A DNA stretch of 64,000 nt from Planctomycetota bacterium (GCA_965248575.1 CBDFJQ010000002.1:4800001-4864000); one strand, 5' to 3'. Positions 47,092-57,324 are shown, numbered from the stretch's first letter. The notes: generated by a model not told the origin, from the letters alone. A program made the numbers and translations.

Positions 47092-48891
47092 TTGCCAGAG
47101 CCTGAGTTGCTCGAGCCCTTTCCAGGGCTCTTCGTCCTCCAGAGCGACTATGAGGACCGGGCGATCCCCAAGGCTGCCGGCCTGTCCTGGCACTCCGCGA
47201 GCCCCTGCCGCCGAGCTCCGGACTGCCCCCTTTGCGAGCACGAGCTGAACCGGGTGTGGTGGACCGAGGACGTGCTCAAGGCCCTCGAGCTGCTGGAGTA
47301 TGGGGCGGAGGAGCTGCGGGAGCAGATTCTTGAACGTTCTGGACCGGCCGGAGAGGAGCGGGTGAAGGAGGAACGGCGACTCGCCCGGGCCAACGCCCGC
47401 CGTGCGCGCGAGCGTCTGAAGCGCCTTCAAGCGAGCCGGGCCGAAGATGCAGACATCGACGTGCCCTGCCCCGAGGGTTCGTCCTATCTGCCGTACCAGC
47501 GGGCGGCCATCGCCTACGGCCTGGCGCGACCGCATGCCCTCTTCGCCGACGAGATGGGGCTGGGCAAGACCATCGAAGCCTTGGGACTGGTCAACGCAGA
47601 CCCCAAAGCCCAGCGCATTCTCATCGTTTGTCCGGCCAGCTTGAAGCTCAACTGGGCACGGGAGTGTGAACAGTGGCTCGTGGAGCGGGGGCCGGTGGGG
47701 GTTGCTGGCAGGACCTACCCGGAAGACGCCCAGGTCGTGATCATCAACTACGACATCCTCACCAAGTGGCGCAGCAAGTTGCGACGCACCTGGGACGTCC
47801 TGATCGTGGATGAGTGCCACTACGTCAAGAACAAGGAGGCGAAGAGGTCGAAGCGGCTCTATGCGCTCAAGGCGCGACGAAAGCTGTTCCTGACCGGGAC
47901 GCCGATCCTGAATCGACCCATCGAACTCTGGGCCTTCGTGAGCGCATTGGACCCCGAGGAGTTCGACAGCTTCTGGCCCTTCGCGAAGCGCTACTGCAAG
48001 CCGTGCAAGAACCGCTACGGGTGGGATTTCAGTGGGGCCACGAGGCTCGATGAGCTGCATGAGCGCTTGCGCAGCACGATCATGGTACGTCGCACCAAGT
48101 CGCAGGTGCTGACCGACCTGCCACCCAAGCGTCGGCAGGTGATCGAGCTGTCCTCCGAACAGATGGCCGGGCTGATTGCCGTGGAGACCGAGGCTTGGGA
48201 GGAACACCGCAGCCGGCTCAACGAGCTGCGTGCCGTGGGCCGCAGTGAGGGCGAGCTGAGCGACGCACAGTTGCAGGAACTTCGCGCCGGTGTGAATCTT
48301 GCATTCGGGAAGTTGGCCGAACTGCGGCAAGCGACGGCTCTGGCCAAGGTGCCGTTGGTCATCGAGCATGTACGCAACGTGCTGGAGGACTCCGGAAAAA
48401 TCGTCGTGTTCGCCCACCACCGGGCGGTGATCGCCGAACTCGCGGAGCCCTTCGGCGACGCGGCCGTCACACTCACGGGGGATGACTCCGTGGTCGCGCG
48501 CCAGGCTTCCGTCGATCGCTTCCAGACGGATGACAGCTGCAAGGTCTTCATCGGATCCATCACCGCTGCAGGCTTTGGGCTGACGCTGACGGCCTCCGCC
48601 CACGTCGTCTTCGCAGAGTTGGATTGGGTACCTGCCTACCTCACCCAGGCCGAGGACCGCACCCACCGCATCGGGCAGAAGGACAGCGTGCTCGTGCAGC
48701 ACCTGGTGCTGCAGGACTCCCTGGATGCCCGCATGGTGGGGACCTTGATCAAGAAGCAGCGTGTGATCGACAAGGTGGTGGACGGCAGCGCGCAGGCGGA
48801 CCTGTTTGACGGCAGCTTCGCAGACGCCCTGCTCACGGCTGAGGAGGCCGCAACGCCCGAAGCGCCCCCGGATTCGCGAGCGGGAGGCTGA
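47092..48891 (+). CDS. SNF2-family helicase/translocase (SMARCAL1/HARP-like)
   Basis: ADEMGLGKT, VCPASL..NW, DECH, LTGTPILN and QAEDR.HRIGQ. Start uncertain (47062 or 47092). Confidence 0.9.
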   Translation: MPEPELLEPFPGLFVLQSDYEDRAIPKAAGLSWHSASPCRRAPDCPLCEHELNRVWWTEDVLKALELLEYGAEELREQILERSGPAGEERVKEERRLARANARRARERLKRLQASRAEDADIDVPCPEGSSYLPYQRAAIAYGLARPHALFADEMGLGKTIEALGLVNADPKAQRILIVCPASLKLNWARECEQWLVERGPVGVAGRTYPEDAQVVIINYDILTKWRSKLRRTWDVLIVDECHYVKNKEAKRSKRLYALKARRKLFLTGTPILNRPIELWAFVSALDPEEFDSFWPFAKRYCKPCKNRYGWDFSGATRLDELHERLRSTIMVRRTKSQVLTDLPPKRRQVIELSSEQMAGLIAVETEAWEEHRSRLNELRAVGRSEGELSDAQLQELRAGVNLAFGKLAELRQATALAKVPLVIEHVRNVLEDSGKIVVFAHHRAVIAELAEPFGDAAVTLTGDDSVVARQASVDRFQTDDSCKVFIGSITAAGFGLTLTASAHVVFAELDWVPAYLTQAEDRTHRIGQKDSVLVQHLVLQDSLDARMVGTLIKKQRVIDKVVDGSAQADLFDGSFADALLTAEEAATPEAPPDSRAGG

Positions 48892-48989
48892 GTCTCGACG
48901 GGCGCCCCTTCGCGCCCTGTTCAGCTCGTGATCGGCGCGCTAGCGTGTGAGTGCGGCAAGAGAGTTGTTCCACCTCCGAGGGAGTGACC

Positions 48990-50249
48990 ATGAGGATCCA
49001 TTGGATCGTTGCAGGTGTTGCTTGGGTCTGGCTTGGGGTGTGCGCGGAGGGTCATGCGCTGCTTCAGTCGGATGCCTTGCCCGTCCTGAAAGCCCGGAAG
49101 CCGGTGACGTCCACCATCGAGGATGGCGACCGCACGGTGATCAGCGACCGCATCAAGCAGGCCTACACCGATGCCACCGTGATCGGGAAGCGCTTCCGCA
49201 TCGAGTTCTCGAAGGCGGGGACGTACACCTTCGACCTACGGAGTCCGTACTTCGACAGCTATCTGGTATTGAGGGATTCCACGGGTGAGCTCGTGGCCGA
49301 AGATGACGACGGCCTTGTCTCCGTGCACGCGCGCATCGTGGTCCAGTTGGAAGCGGGCAAGGCGTATCACCTGGATGCCTGCGCCCTGCATGGTCAGCGC
49401 GGCTCGTTTGACCTCAACATGACCAAGGGCGAGCCCGCACCTGGGCAGGGCATCGAATGGACGGACGAGGAGGTCGACCTCAGGTTAAAAATCGTCTTCT
49501 CGGAAGAGATGTGGAAGAAGGTCAAGGTGGTGAAGAGCAAGCACTACCTGATCTTCACGGACGGAAGTTCAGGGAAGAAGTTCGGCAAGATCCTCGACAA
49601 GGAGATCTACGGCGGCTTCAAGAAGCTCTTCCCTTTCGAGAAGCCGGACAACGTGCGGCTGATGCCGATCTATCTCTTCAACACGCGCGAAGGCTACATC
49701 GACTTCCTGATGCGGTACCTGGACATGGAGCAGGGCCAGGCAGAGCGCACTGGCGGCATCCAGTACCAGGACTTCTACTCCACCTCCTACAGCAGCCCGC
49801 GTGACCCCACGCACTTCCATGAGTGCGCGCACCAGATCATGTCGACCATCTTCCGCCTGAACGGCGGCGGTTCCTGGTATCAGGAGGGCATCGCCGAGTA
49901 CTACGAGGACAAGATCAACAAGTTCAATCGTGAGGCGGAGACCCGCATGGCCATCCGGACGGATCAGTCCGTCTCGTGGAAGGACCTGCTCACTGCCGAG
50001 TCGATGCTGTTCAGCGCTGGCGAGAACAAGAAGGGTGGCGGCGGCGCCAGGGGCAACTACGGCCTGGCGGCCTCCGTGATCTTGTTCCTGAAGGAAGGAG
50101 CCCACAAGAAGCTCTTCGACGACTTCCTGCAGAAGATGGGCAAGGTCCCGCGCAGCGATCTCGACGCTATCGAGGCCGTTTTTCAGGAGGTCTATGGCAA
50201 GACGTCCTCGGAGCTGGAGCAGGAGTGGCTGGAGTTCTTTGCGGGCTGA
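48990..50249 (+). CDS. Secreted protein with a PPC-like domain and a gluzincin metallopeptidase-like domain
   Basis: Signal peptide, FDSYLVL.D..G..VAEDDDG (PPC-like) and HECAHQ...WYQEGIAEY (HExxH...E). Confidence 0.7.
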   Translation: MRIHWIVAGVAWVWLGVCAEGHALLQSDALPVLKARKPVTSTIEDGDRTVISDRIKQAYTDATVIGKRFRIEFSKAGTYTFDLRSPYFDSYLVLRDSTGELVAEDDDGLVSVHARIVVQLEAGKAYHLDACALHGQRGSFDLNMTKGEPAPGQGIEWTDEEVDLRLKIVFSEEMWKKVKVVKSKHYLIFTDGSSGKKFGKILDKEIYGGFKKLFPFEKPDNVRLMPIYLFNTREGYIDFLMRYLDMEQGQAERTGGIQYQDFYSTSYSSPRDPTHFHECAHQIMSTIFRLNGGGSWYQEGIAEYYEDKINKFNREAETRMAIRTDQSVSWKDLLTAESMLFSAGENKKGGGGARGNYGLAASVILFLKEGAHKKLFDDFLQKMGKVPRSDLDAIEAVFQEVYGKTSSELEQEWLEFFAG

Positions 50250-50296
50250 CAGCTCAATGTGCGGGAGCCGTGCAGATGCTGGGGTGAGCACCCGTT

Positions 50297-50746
50297 ATGA
50301 TCCGCGCCATGTTTGATCCTGCCACGCACCTACTCTGCACGCTGCTGACCCCTCTCGCCGACGGTTCGTCCACCGATTGGATTTCTGCGCGCGCTGCGCT
50401 CGAGGCGGCCGACGAGGCTGAGGGGGACCTGCTCGCTCTGCTCGAAACGCGCGACAGCGCCGGCTTGACCGCACTGCTTGAAGCCTGGGCTTCGGGTGAG
50501 GTGCTGCGCCCTGTTCACGACCGCGGCGTCCTCAAGCGGGCCGTGAAGGCGTTCCGCAAGCGGCTCAAGATCGCTCGGCTGGATCAGGAGTCGCGGATTG
50601 GCGGCGCCTTCAGCAAGGGGGAGCGCTCGGGCATCGTGGGGGCGGAGCCGCCGGACTCCTATCCGCCCGATGTGTGGGCGGAGCTGGTGCGGGTCGGTCG
50701 CTTGCTCGAAGCAGGGAACCGGGCGCTTGAGCTGCCTCCGGAGTAG
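50297..50746 (+). CDS. Hypothetical protein
   Basis: Clean ORF in operon position, containing LKRAVKAFRKRLKIARLDQES. Confidence 0.6.
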   Translation: MIRAMFDPATHLLCTLLTPLADGSSTDWISARAALEAADEAEGDLLALLETRDSAGLTALLEAWASGEVLRPVHDRGVLKRAVKAFRKRLKIARLDQESRIGGAFSKGERSGIVGAEPPDSYPPDVWAELVRVGRLLEAGNRALELPPE

Positions 50747-50782
50747 CGCGTCTCAACTTTCCCCGGGTGTCCGTAGCGGCTC

Positions 50783-52249
50783 TTGCTCTTCAACTCACTC
50801 GAATTCCCGCTGTTCTTCGTTGCCGTGGTGGTGCTGTGCGCGCTCGTGCCGCAGCGCGGGCGCTGGGGCCTGCTGCTCGTCGCCAGCTATCTGTTCTACG
50901 CCGCTTGGGAGCCCGGATACCTCGCGCTGATCGTCGCGTCGACCCTGGTGGACTATGCCGCGGGTCGTGCCATGGGCGCCCACGCCGAGCGGGCGGGGAG
51001 GCGACCCTGGCTGCTGGTGAGCTTGGCGGCGAACCTCGGGCTGCTGTTCACCTTTAAGTACTACGACTTCTTCCGCTTGTCGCTCACAGGGCTCGCCGAG
51101 GCGTTTGATGTGTCGGTGCATCCACCGGCACTCGACCTCTTGCTCCCCGTGGGCATCAGCTTCTACACCTTCCAAACCCTCAGCTACTCGCTGGATGTCT
51201 ACCGCGGCGACAGGGATCCGGAACGGCACCTCGGCTTCTTCGCCCTCTATGTCGCCTTCTTTCCGCAGCTGGTGGCGGGGCCCATCGAGCGCAGCACGCG
51301 CTTGCTGCCGCAGCTGCGCGGCGCCCTCGGCGGCCTGGATATGGAGCGCCTGCGCAGCGGGCTGCTGCTCATGCTCTGGGGGTTCTTCAAGAAGCTCGTC
51401 ATCGCCGATCGTCTGGCGGTCTACGTCCAAGCGGTGTACGGCGACGCGGGTACGCATGCGGGCGCTCCGGTCGTGCTCGCCACCTACTTCTTCGCCTTCC
51501 AGATCTACTGCGACTTCTCGGGCTACTCCGACATCGCCATTGGCGCCGCGCGCATCCTGGGCGTCGATCTCATGCAGAACTTCCGCCGACCCTACCTGGC
51601 GACCTCCGTGCGTGAGTTCTGGGGTCGATGGCACATCTCCCTCAGCACCTGGTTCCGGGACTACCTCTACATCCCGCTCGGAGGGAATCGCCGCGGGCCG
51701 GGTCGGCGTGGGTTCAATGTGTTCCTGGTCTTCCTGCTCAGCGGTCTCTGGCACGGGGCCAGCTGGACGTTTCTCCTGTGGGGAGCGCTGCACGGTCTCT
51801 ACATGCTGGTGGGCTCACTCTGGGAGGCGAAACGTGCGCCGTCCGTCAGCCCGCCAAGTGGCCTTCGGCGCGTGATGGCAGGGCTGCTGACCTTCCATCT
51901 GGTGCTTGTCGCCTGGGTCATGTTTCGTGCCGACGACCTGGCAACTGCGGGGCGCTTGTTGGTTTCCATGGCACCGGGCGCCGAGGGAATCCATGACGTG
52001 CTGGCACCACTGGCAGCCCTGGGGGCTCGTGCGACCTATGAGTTCTGGTTGTGCATCGGTTCGGTGGTGGGCCTGCTCGTGTTTCAGCTCATCCAGGAAC
52101 GACTGGAACGGCAAGATCGACAGGACCTGCTCAAGCGACTCCTCCAGGTGCCGCTCTGGATTCGCTGGCCCGTCGTGTACGCACTGCTGCTGGGCGTCCT
52201 GATGCTGGGCGAGTTCAAGCTGACCGAGTTCATCTACTTCCAGTTCTAG
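50783..52249 (+). CDS. MBOAT family O-acyltransferase (AlgI/DltB-like)
   Basis: MLFNS..F, LPVGISFYTFQ, FFPQLVAGPIER, DFSGYSD, FW.RWHISLS.W, GLWHGA (catalytic His) and FIYFQF. Confidence 0.95.
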   Translation: MLFNSLEFPLFFVAVVVLCALVPQRGRWGLLLVASYLFYAAWEPGYLALIVASTLVDYAAGRAMGAHAERAGRRPWLLVSLAANLGLLFTFKYYDFFRLSLTGLAEAFDVSVHPPALDLLLPVGISFYTFQTLSYSLDVYRGDRDPERHLGFFALYVAFFPQLVAGPIERSTRLLPQLRGALGGLDMERLRSGLLLMLWGFFKKLVIADRLAVYVQAVYGDAGTHAGAPVVLATYFFAFQIYCDFSGYSDIAIGAARILGVDLMQNFRRPYLATSVREFWGRWHISLSTWFRDYLYIPLGGNRRGPGRRGFNVFLVFLLSGLWHGASWTFLLWGALHGLYMLVGSLWEAKRAPSVSPPSGLRRVMAGLLTFHLVLVAWVMFRADDLATAGRLLVSMAPGAEGIHDVLAPLAALGARATYEFWLCIGSVVGLLVFQLIQERLERQDRQDLLKRLLQVPLWIRWPVVYALLLGVLMLGEFKLTEFIYFQF

Positions 52250-52258
52250 TCGGAATCC

Positions 52259-53251
52259 ATGACTGCGCGCTTCCTCTTGGCTTCGATCGTGTTTCTCGCG
52301 GGGGCTTGTGCCCTGTGCCTCGCCCTCGATGGCGTGAGTACTCGGACGGCTGCCGTTTACGCCGTGGAGCGTGGGCGCATTGAACGCCTGCTGGATCGTG
52401 CGGAGGAGATCACGGATCTGGCGGCAGGGAACTCGCAAGGTCGATCCGTGGCCTTCGATGCCCTGGGGTTGGACGGCTTCCATCTCTGGAGGGCGGGGGC
52501 TGATCTGGCGGAGAACGAGTACCTGCTGCGGACATTCCTCCCGCGGCTTCCCTCGGTCCGGCGCGTCGTGTTCGTGCTGTCCCACTTTTCGTTCCAGCGC
52601 GACAACAGTCTCGAGCTGGAGGTCGACCGGCGTGCCATTCGTCGTCAACTCTATGCCGTGGCCCCCGGGGCTCAGTGGGTGCGTGGCGACTTTCTGGGCT
52701 GGGTCGGCGGTCGTATGGGAACTCTAGCGCGGCAAGACCACTGGTGGGAGGTGATGCAGGTCCTGGCAGGTGCACAGGATCCCGTGGACCCCCGGGCCGT
52801 GGCGGCCATCCACGACGACGGAATGCCTACGGCTGCGGTGAACCTACGCCGTCGGACGCCCGAAGAGCTGCAGCGCCACGCTCAGGAGAGCAGGGTCCCT
52901 CGCCAGTTGCGCATCAGTCGCGAGTCCCTGCAGTTGGCTCCCGAGACGCCCGACCGTTGTGAGCGATCGCTGCTGGCGATTGTTGAGCTCTGTCGCGAGG
53001 CGAGTGTGGAGTTGTTGTTCGTCTTGCCGCCGGTCAGCCGCGCGTACGCCGAAGCCTATGACCCTGCCGTGGTTCGTGACATGCGGAGACGGATGGACCG
53101 TCTCGTTTCTGAGCACGGCATCCGCTTCCACGACTTCTACGAAGACGCAGAATTCGCAGACCGCGCCGAGTGGTTCATGGACTCAGACCACCTGAATCGG
53201 GACGGAGCGCGGGCCTTCTCGGAGCTGCGGCTCGCGCCCCTGCTGCGCTGA
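52259..53251 (+). CDS. SGNH-like partner of the MBOAT (AlgJ/DltD-like)
   Basis: N-terminal TM, AGNS, F.DSDHLN..GA..FS; lies directly after the MBOAT gene. Confidence 0.75.
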   Translation: MTARFLLASIVFLAGACALCLALDGVSTRTAAVYAVERGRIERLLDRAEEITDLAAGNSQGRSVAFDALGLDGFHLWRAGADLAENEYLLRTFLPRLPSVRRVVFVLSHFSFQRDNSLELEVDRRAIRRQLYAVAPGAQWVRGDFLGWVGGRMGTLARQDHWWEVMQVLAGAQDPVDPRAVAAIHDDGMPTAAVNLRRRTPEELQRHAQESRVPRQLRISRESLQLAPETPDRCERSLLAIVELCREASVELLFVLPPVSRAYAEAYDPAVVRDMRRRMDRLVSEHGIRFHDFYEDAEFADRAEWFMDSDHLNRDGARAFSELRLAPLLR

Positions 53252-53295
53252 CATCGGCGTTCACCCGTCCCGCGCCTTCCCCCAGGCCTCGGACC

Positions 53296-54492
53296 TCAGA
53301 CGGGCTTCTGAGCGTCCCCGCGGCTCTTGCGGGGGAATCCGATGTGCCGGTCGCTGATCCGCCCTTCCTCCATGGTCGCCCGGATCATGGCGTCGAACTG
53401 CCGGTCGAAGCGGCGCAGGATCATGTAGCCGGGTCCCACGAGGTTGGGGCCGGACTCAGCCCGGATGCTCGCAGCCAGCGCGTAGTGGCCGGGGTGGGTT
53501 TCTGCCGTGTGCCACCAGTAGTTGGGGACGCGTAGCACGTCGCCGGGGGCCATCTCGAGGCGCACCCGGGGGACATTGAGGAAGGCGCTGAACCCCCGTT
53601 GGCGGAGGGCCTCGTCTGATTCGCGGACGTCGATGTTGCTGCCTGCATAGTTGGTCTTGGACTTGACCCGGGGCTGCATCGCCGCTGTGTAGTAGGGGTG
53701 GGCGAGAGTCCAGGTCTTCACGCCCTTCGTCAACACGAAGAAGTTGTCGGCGGGCTCCGCGTGCAGGAGGGTGAACGCTTTCTCCGGCTGCATGATCAGT
53801 TGGGCGCTGGTGACCTTGCCCACGTACAGCTTGGAGCGGAGCCAGTGGTGTTGGTTCGCCTCCCACCCGCTGAGCCGTTCCCAGTACGGAAGGTCGAGGT
53901 CGTTGCGCAGACGACCGTTGTCATGGTGCATCACGTCCTCGGCGGCGGCGAAGCGCATGCCCCCACCGCGCCGGATGGAGGCGGCCACCTCCGAGAGCGT
54001 CCCCGTTCGGAAGTCGTAGTAGTGGTGGCCCTTGGAGGGCCGGCTCAGGTCTTCGGATGGACGGTCGAGGGCTTCATTGATGGGGACGGAGCATTCGCCC
54101 GCCAGGTCGTCCAGGGACTCCAGCGTCCAACTCATGGCTGGCAGCTTTCGGGCACCGTCCTTGAGGACGAAGGGAATCCGCATGGACATCAGCAGGGCCA
54201 TGTCTTCGGAATCCAGCTCTTCGTGGGCGAAGGTTGGAACCTCGAGGATGCTTGAAGAGGTGCGGGCTTCCCTGAGTCGACGGTTGATCCGTTCGCAGGA
54301 CTTGTCGTACCCGCGCTTGAGAAAACCCTCTTCGTACTGTGCGTCGTGGGTCGGGGAGTAGACCATCACGCCCCGGTGTGCCAGCGCAATGTAGTAGACC
54401 CAGTATCGCAGCCGATCCAGAAACGGGATCCGCACCGCTGTGCAGGCTTGGCGGAAGCTCTCTGCAGTTGCCTTGACCGATGAGTGGGACAT
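53296..54492 (-). CDS. JmjC / cupin-like Fe(II)-2OG oxygenase
   Basis: IPFVLK, W...L, T.LHAE (HxE), G.K.W.L and PGDVL.VPNYWWH. Confidence 0.8.
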   Translation of the reverse strand: MSHSSVKATAESFRQACTAVRIPFLDRLRYWVYYIALAHRGVMVYSPTHDAQYEEGFLKRGYDKSCERINRRLREARTSSSILEVPTFAHEELDSEDMALLMSMRIPFVLKDGARKLPAMSWTLESLDDLAGECSVPINEALDRPSEDLSRPSKGHHYYDFRTGTLSEVAASIRRGGGMRFAAAEDVMHHDNGRLRNDLDLPYWERLSGWEANQHHWLRSKLYVGKVTSAQLIMQPEKAFTLLHAEPADNFFVLTKGVKTWTLAHPYYTAAMQPRVKSKTNYAGSNIDVRESDEALRQRGFSAFLNVPRVRLEMAPGDVLRVPNYWWHTAETHPGHYALAASIRAESGPNLVGPGYMILRRFDRQFDAMIRATMEEGRISDRHIGFPRKSRGDAQKPV

Positions 54493-54554
54493 GGTGGGTG
54501 TCCAGTGGCTTGGCGAAGGTGTCGAACGTCTGCTGCAGCTTCGGTGCTCGGTCC

Positions 54555-55334
54555 TTAGCCCTGGCTTTTGTCCTTTCCGAGGAGCTTGCGAGCCGCCTGG
54601 AGGGCGCGCGACCTGGCTCTCTCGGCCGTGGCAGGGGTGATGCCGAAGTGCGCGGCGAGGTCCTCGGTGGTCGCGCCCTCCCTCAGAAGGACGAGAATCT
54701 GGGCGTCGCGGTGGGACATCCGGGAGGCGATCCGGGCGATTTGCTCCAACTCCTCTCGCTTGATGGATCTCTCGACGGGGTGTTGATCGGCTCGATCGGC
54801 CACGGGAAGGTCGTGCTCTTCGGGCATGGCGACCCGCCTGTCTTCCGACCTCGACTGGGCCGTGTTGTGCCGAACCTTGGTTTTTGCTTTCCAGCCCACA
54901 CGTTTGTTGAGCAAGGCCAGGAACTCACCACGTGTCGAGAAGCGCAGTTCGGCCCACGATTCCCAGGTGTCGCAGATGACGCTGTCCAGCAGGTCGACGG
55001 TGTCGGTGAGACGGCGAAGCCCCGACGAATGGGGAAGGGCGCGCGAACCCGCCTTCTTCATCGCGAGAAAGAAATGCCAGACGAACTCGTCGGCGACCTT
55101 GCGGGGGGCCGTACGCAGATGGGAGTGGATCTCACCGAGTACGGCATCGTCGAGCCTGGACCCAGCTTCCATCCGGCGTTTCACCGCAAGTCTGGCTTGG
55201 TCGGTCTCCAGGAATGCCCGCGACTCAGGCCCCAAAGATAGCTGGGCGTAGCTGCGCACACTCTCCTCGGAAAACAACGTGGACCCAACGTCCGTGCTGG
55301 ACTCCGGAGCGGGCTCGCGATGGGGAGTGGACAT
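54555..55334 (-). CDS. Divergent ECF-type sigma factor
   Basis: LRRLTDTVDLLDSV in region 2; region 4 HTH EDLAAHFGITPATAERARSRAL. Confidence 0.7.
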   Translation of the reverse strand: MSTPHREPAPESSTDVGSTLFSEESVRSYAQLSLGPESRAFLETDQARLAVKRRMEAGSRLDDAVLGEIHSHLRTAPRKVADEFVWHFFLAMKKAGSRALPHSSGLRRLTDTVDLLDSVICDTWESWAELRFSTRGEFLALLNKRVGWKAKTKVRHNTAQSRSEDRRVAMPEEHDLPVADRADQHPVERSIKREELEQIARIASRMSHRDAQILVLLREGATTEDLAAHFGITPATAERARSRALQAARKLLGKDKSQG

Positions 55335-55395
55335 GCTGCGATTCGTTAGGGGTCTGATGGAAGGCTTGCTTGCCCTGCTCGTCACTGGAGGTCGT

Positions 55396-56187
55396 TCACT
55401 GCTGTCGTTCGCCCGGCTCTTCATCCTTGCGGGCGTAGATGTTGCCGATCCACATTGCCTCGAACGTCCGCCGGCCGCTATCGACCGCTGAGCTGCCGAT
55501 CTCCAGATGCGAGTCGGTGCTGGGTCCCTGGCCGGGGTCGGGGAAGTGGAAGCCGAAGTCCAGGATCTTGGCGCCTTGATCGCCGGCCACGAAACCGTGG
55601 ATGTTGGCGCGGGTGCGAGTCAGCGTCGAGGTCCGGCCTGGCGTCAGCACTGCGCTCGAGACCTCGCGCAACAGAAAGGGCTTCCCGTGCTCGGATGGCA
55701 TCGGCGCGCCTTGCTCGGGCTCGAAGTGACGGACTTGAGTCTCACCTTTGACGCCGAGCGTGACGAAATCGTAGGCGACATGATTGTGGGGCGGGATGAC
55801 CGCACCGGGCTCCAGTTCGAGCTCGACCACCACGAAGGCTCCCTCAAAGAAGGCGGGCCCCGTCGTCAGACCGTCTCCTTGGTAGGCATCGAACTTGCGA
55901 CCTGGAAAGGCTGAGGGATCCAGTCGAGCCAGACCGGCGCAGAGTTCATGGAGGGCAGCCTCGTCGGCGTCGGACTCCGATGTCGTGATGGCTTGAGCGC
56001 GGCCGGCCCATTGCTCGAAGAAGGCTGCGACATCTCCACTCGCATGGGCGTCGTCGTTTGCTTGGGTGCGGCCGTGGGCTTGGGCCCAACTCGTCAGCAC
56101 TCCCATGGCGGGGAGCGCCAGGGCTCCACGCAGGAATGCACGTCGGCGCACGGCGACCCCCGGGTGCGGATGATGTTTGCTTTCCAT
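55396..56187 (-). CDS. Tat-exported cupin, thiol-dioxygenase-like
   Basis: RRRAFL Tat signal ending AQA; IPPHNH...NIH three-His cupin motif; ILDF. Confidence 0.7.
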   Translation of the reverse strand: MESKHHPHPGVAVRRRAFLRGALALPAMGVLTSWAQAHGRTQANDDAHASGDVAAFFEQWAGRAQAITTSESDADEAALHELCAGLARLDPSAFPGRKFDAYQGDGLTTGPAFFEGAFVVVELELEPGAVIPPHNHVAYDFVTLGVKGETQVRHFEPEQGAPMPSEHGKPFLLREVSSAVLTPGRTSTLTRTRANIHGFVAGDQGAKILDFGFHFPDPGQGPSTDSHLEIGSSAVDSGRRTFEAMWIGNIYARKDEEPGERQQ

Positions 56188-56343
56188 ATGCAGCAAGCTC
56201 CAACCAAAGGGTGTTCGAGTGTGTGTCCTTGCCGATGAGCGGCGTGACGCAGGCGTGCCCTGACTCTCAGGCAAGAGTCGTCGTCTGTCAAAGCATCGCA
56301 AGGTGACGTGTTCATGCTGCAGAGCTGCGTTGGATGCCAGCGC

Positions 56344-57324
56344 CTAGAACAGCCGCGATTGCTGTTGAGGTTTTCCGAGCTGATTCCATGGAAGTTCGGG
56401 TACGGAAGCACCCCGTTGCTCAAGCAGCGCTTGCAGTCGCCGGGCAATGAAGGGCGAGTGGTCTTCGATCGGGCAATGGCAGAAGGCATAGACCTCCCGT
56501 TGCTCCTCCAACCAACCCTGGATCAGCTCGGCCCAACGCACGAGCCACGGGTCGTTGAGTTCTCGTTGTGGGTGGGCGATGAAGCGCAGCATCACGCGCT
56601 GACCGGGTGGCTCGATGGGAACCGGCAGCCGGGGTTTCTTGCGTGGGTTGTCTCTTTGAGGGTCGTCGTCGAAGTGGAAGACGGGGCGCGTGTCGAGAAT
56701 GACGCGCCCGACCTGGCGCTCACAGAGGGCAGCGTGCAAGCGGGGGGCCACGTCTGCGGAGAACCAACCCAGGTGCCGGAACTCGACCAGCAATTCGGGT
56801 GCTCCCGCAGGCCAGGCGTCGAGGAAGGCGAGCAGGTCTCCCATGAAGGCGGGGCCGTAGCGCGGTGGCAGCTGGAGCAGCACGGGGCCGCAGTGTTCGC
56901 CGAGCAAGGCCAATTGTCGCAAGGAGTGGTCGCGCAGATCGGGGCGCGCCATGAGCAGGCCTTCGTGCGTGAGTTCCCGCGGAAGTTTGGGGAGGATCTG
57001 GAAGCCCTGGGGCATGCTGTCGCGCCAGCGCTCAAGGGTGGCTGGTGCTGGCATTCCGTAGAAGAAGCTGTTGCCTTCGACCGCCTGGAAGCGCTGCACG
57101 TACTCTTCGAGGTGACGGCGTTGCGGGGTTCCCTCTGGGAAGACGGGGCCAATCCAGCCAGCGTGACACCAGACCGCACATCCAAGATGGAACCGGCCAG
57201 GCTGAATGGTCGCGCAAGGCTGGAGTGCGGCGTTCGGAGATGCCTTCGGTGTTTCCGGAGCGAGTCTCGACGGGCGATGGTCGGCGTCGCGAGTCGGAGA
57301 AGGGGGGGCATCCTTCGGTGGCAT
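56344..57324 (-). CDS. DUF72 (YecE-like) protein
   Basis: GCAVW....W, VEGNS.FY..P, KLP...TH, LLQLPP, VEFRH and F.HCP. Confidence 0.88.
   Translation of the reverse strand: MPPKDAPPSPTRDADHRPSRLAPETPKASPNAALQPCATIQPGRFHLGCAVWCHAGWIGPVFPEGTPQRRHLEEYVQRFQAVEGNSFFYGMPAPATLERWRDSMPQGFQILPKLPRELTHEGLLMARPDLRDHSLRQLALLGEHCGPVLLQLPPRYGPAFMGDLLAFLDAWPAGAPELLVEFRHLGWFSADVAPRLHAALCERQVGRVILDTRPVFHFDDDPQRDNPRKKPRLPVPIEPPGQRVMLRFIAHPQRELNDPWLVRWAELIQGWLEEQREVYAFCHCPIEDHSPFIARRLQALLEQRGASVPELPWNQLGKPQQQSRLF

Noticed and set aside
47092..48891. Prophage or defence island around the SNF2 helicase
   Set aside because: No integrase, structural, methylase or nuclease genes nearby, and no att-like repeats seen.
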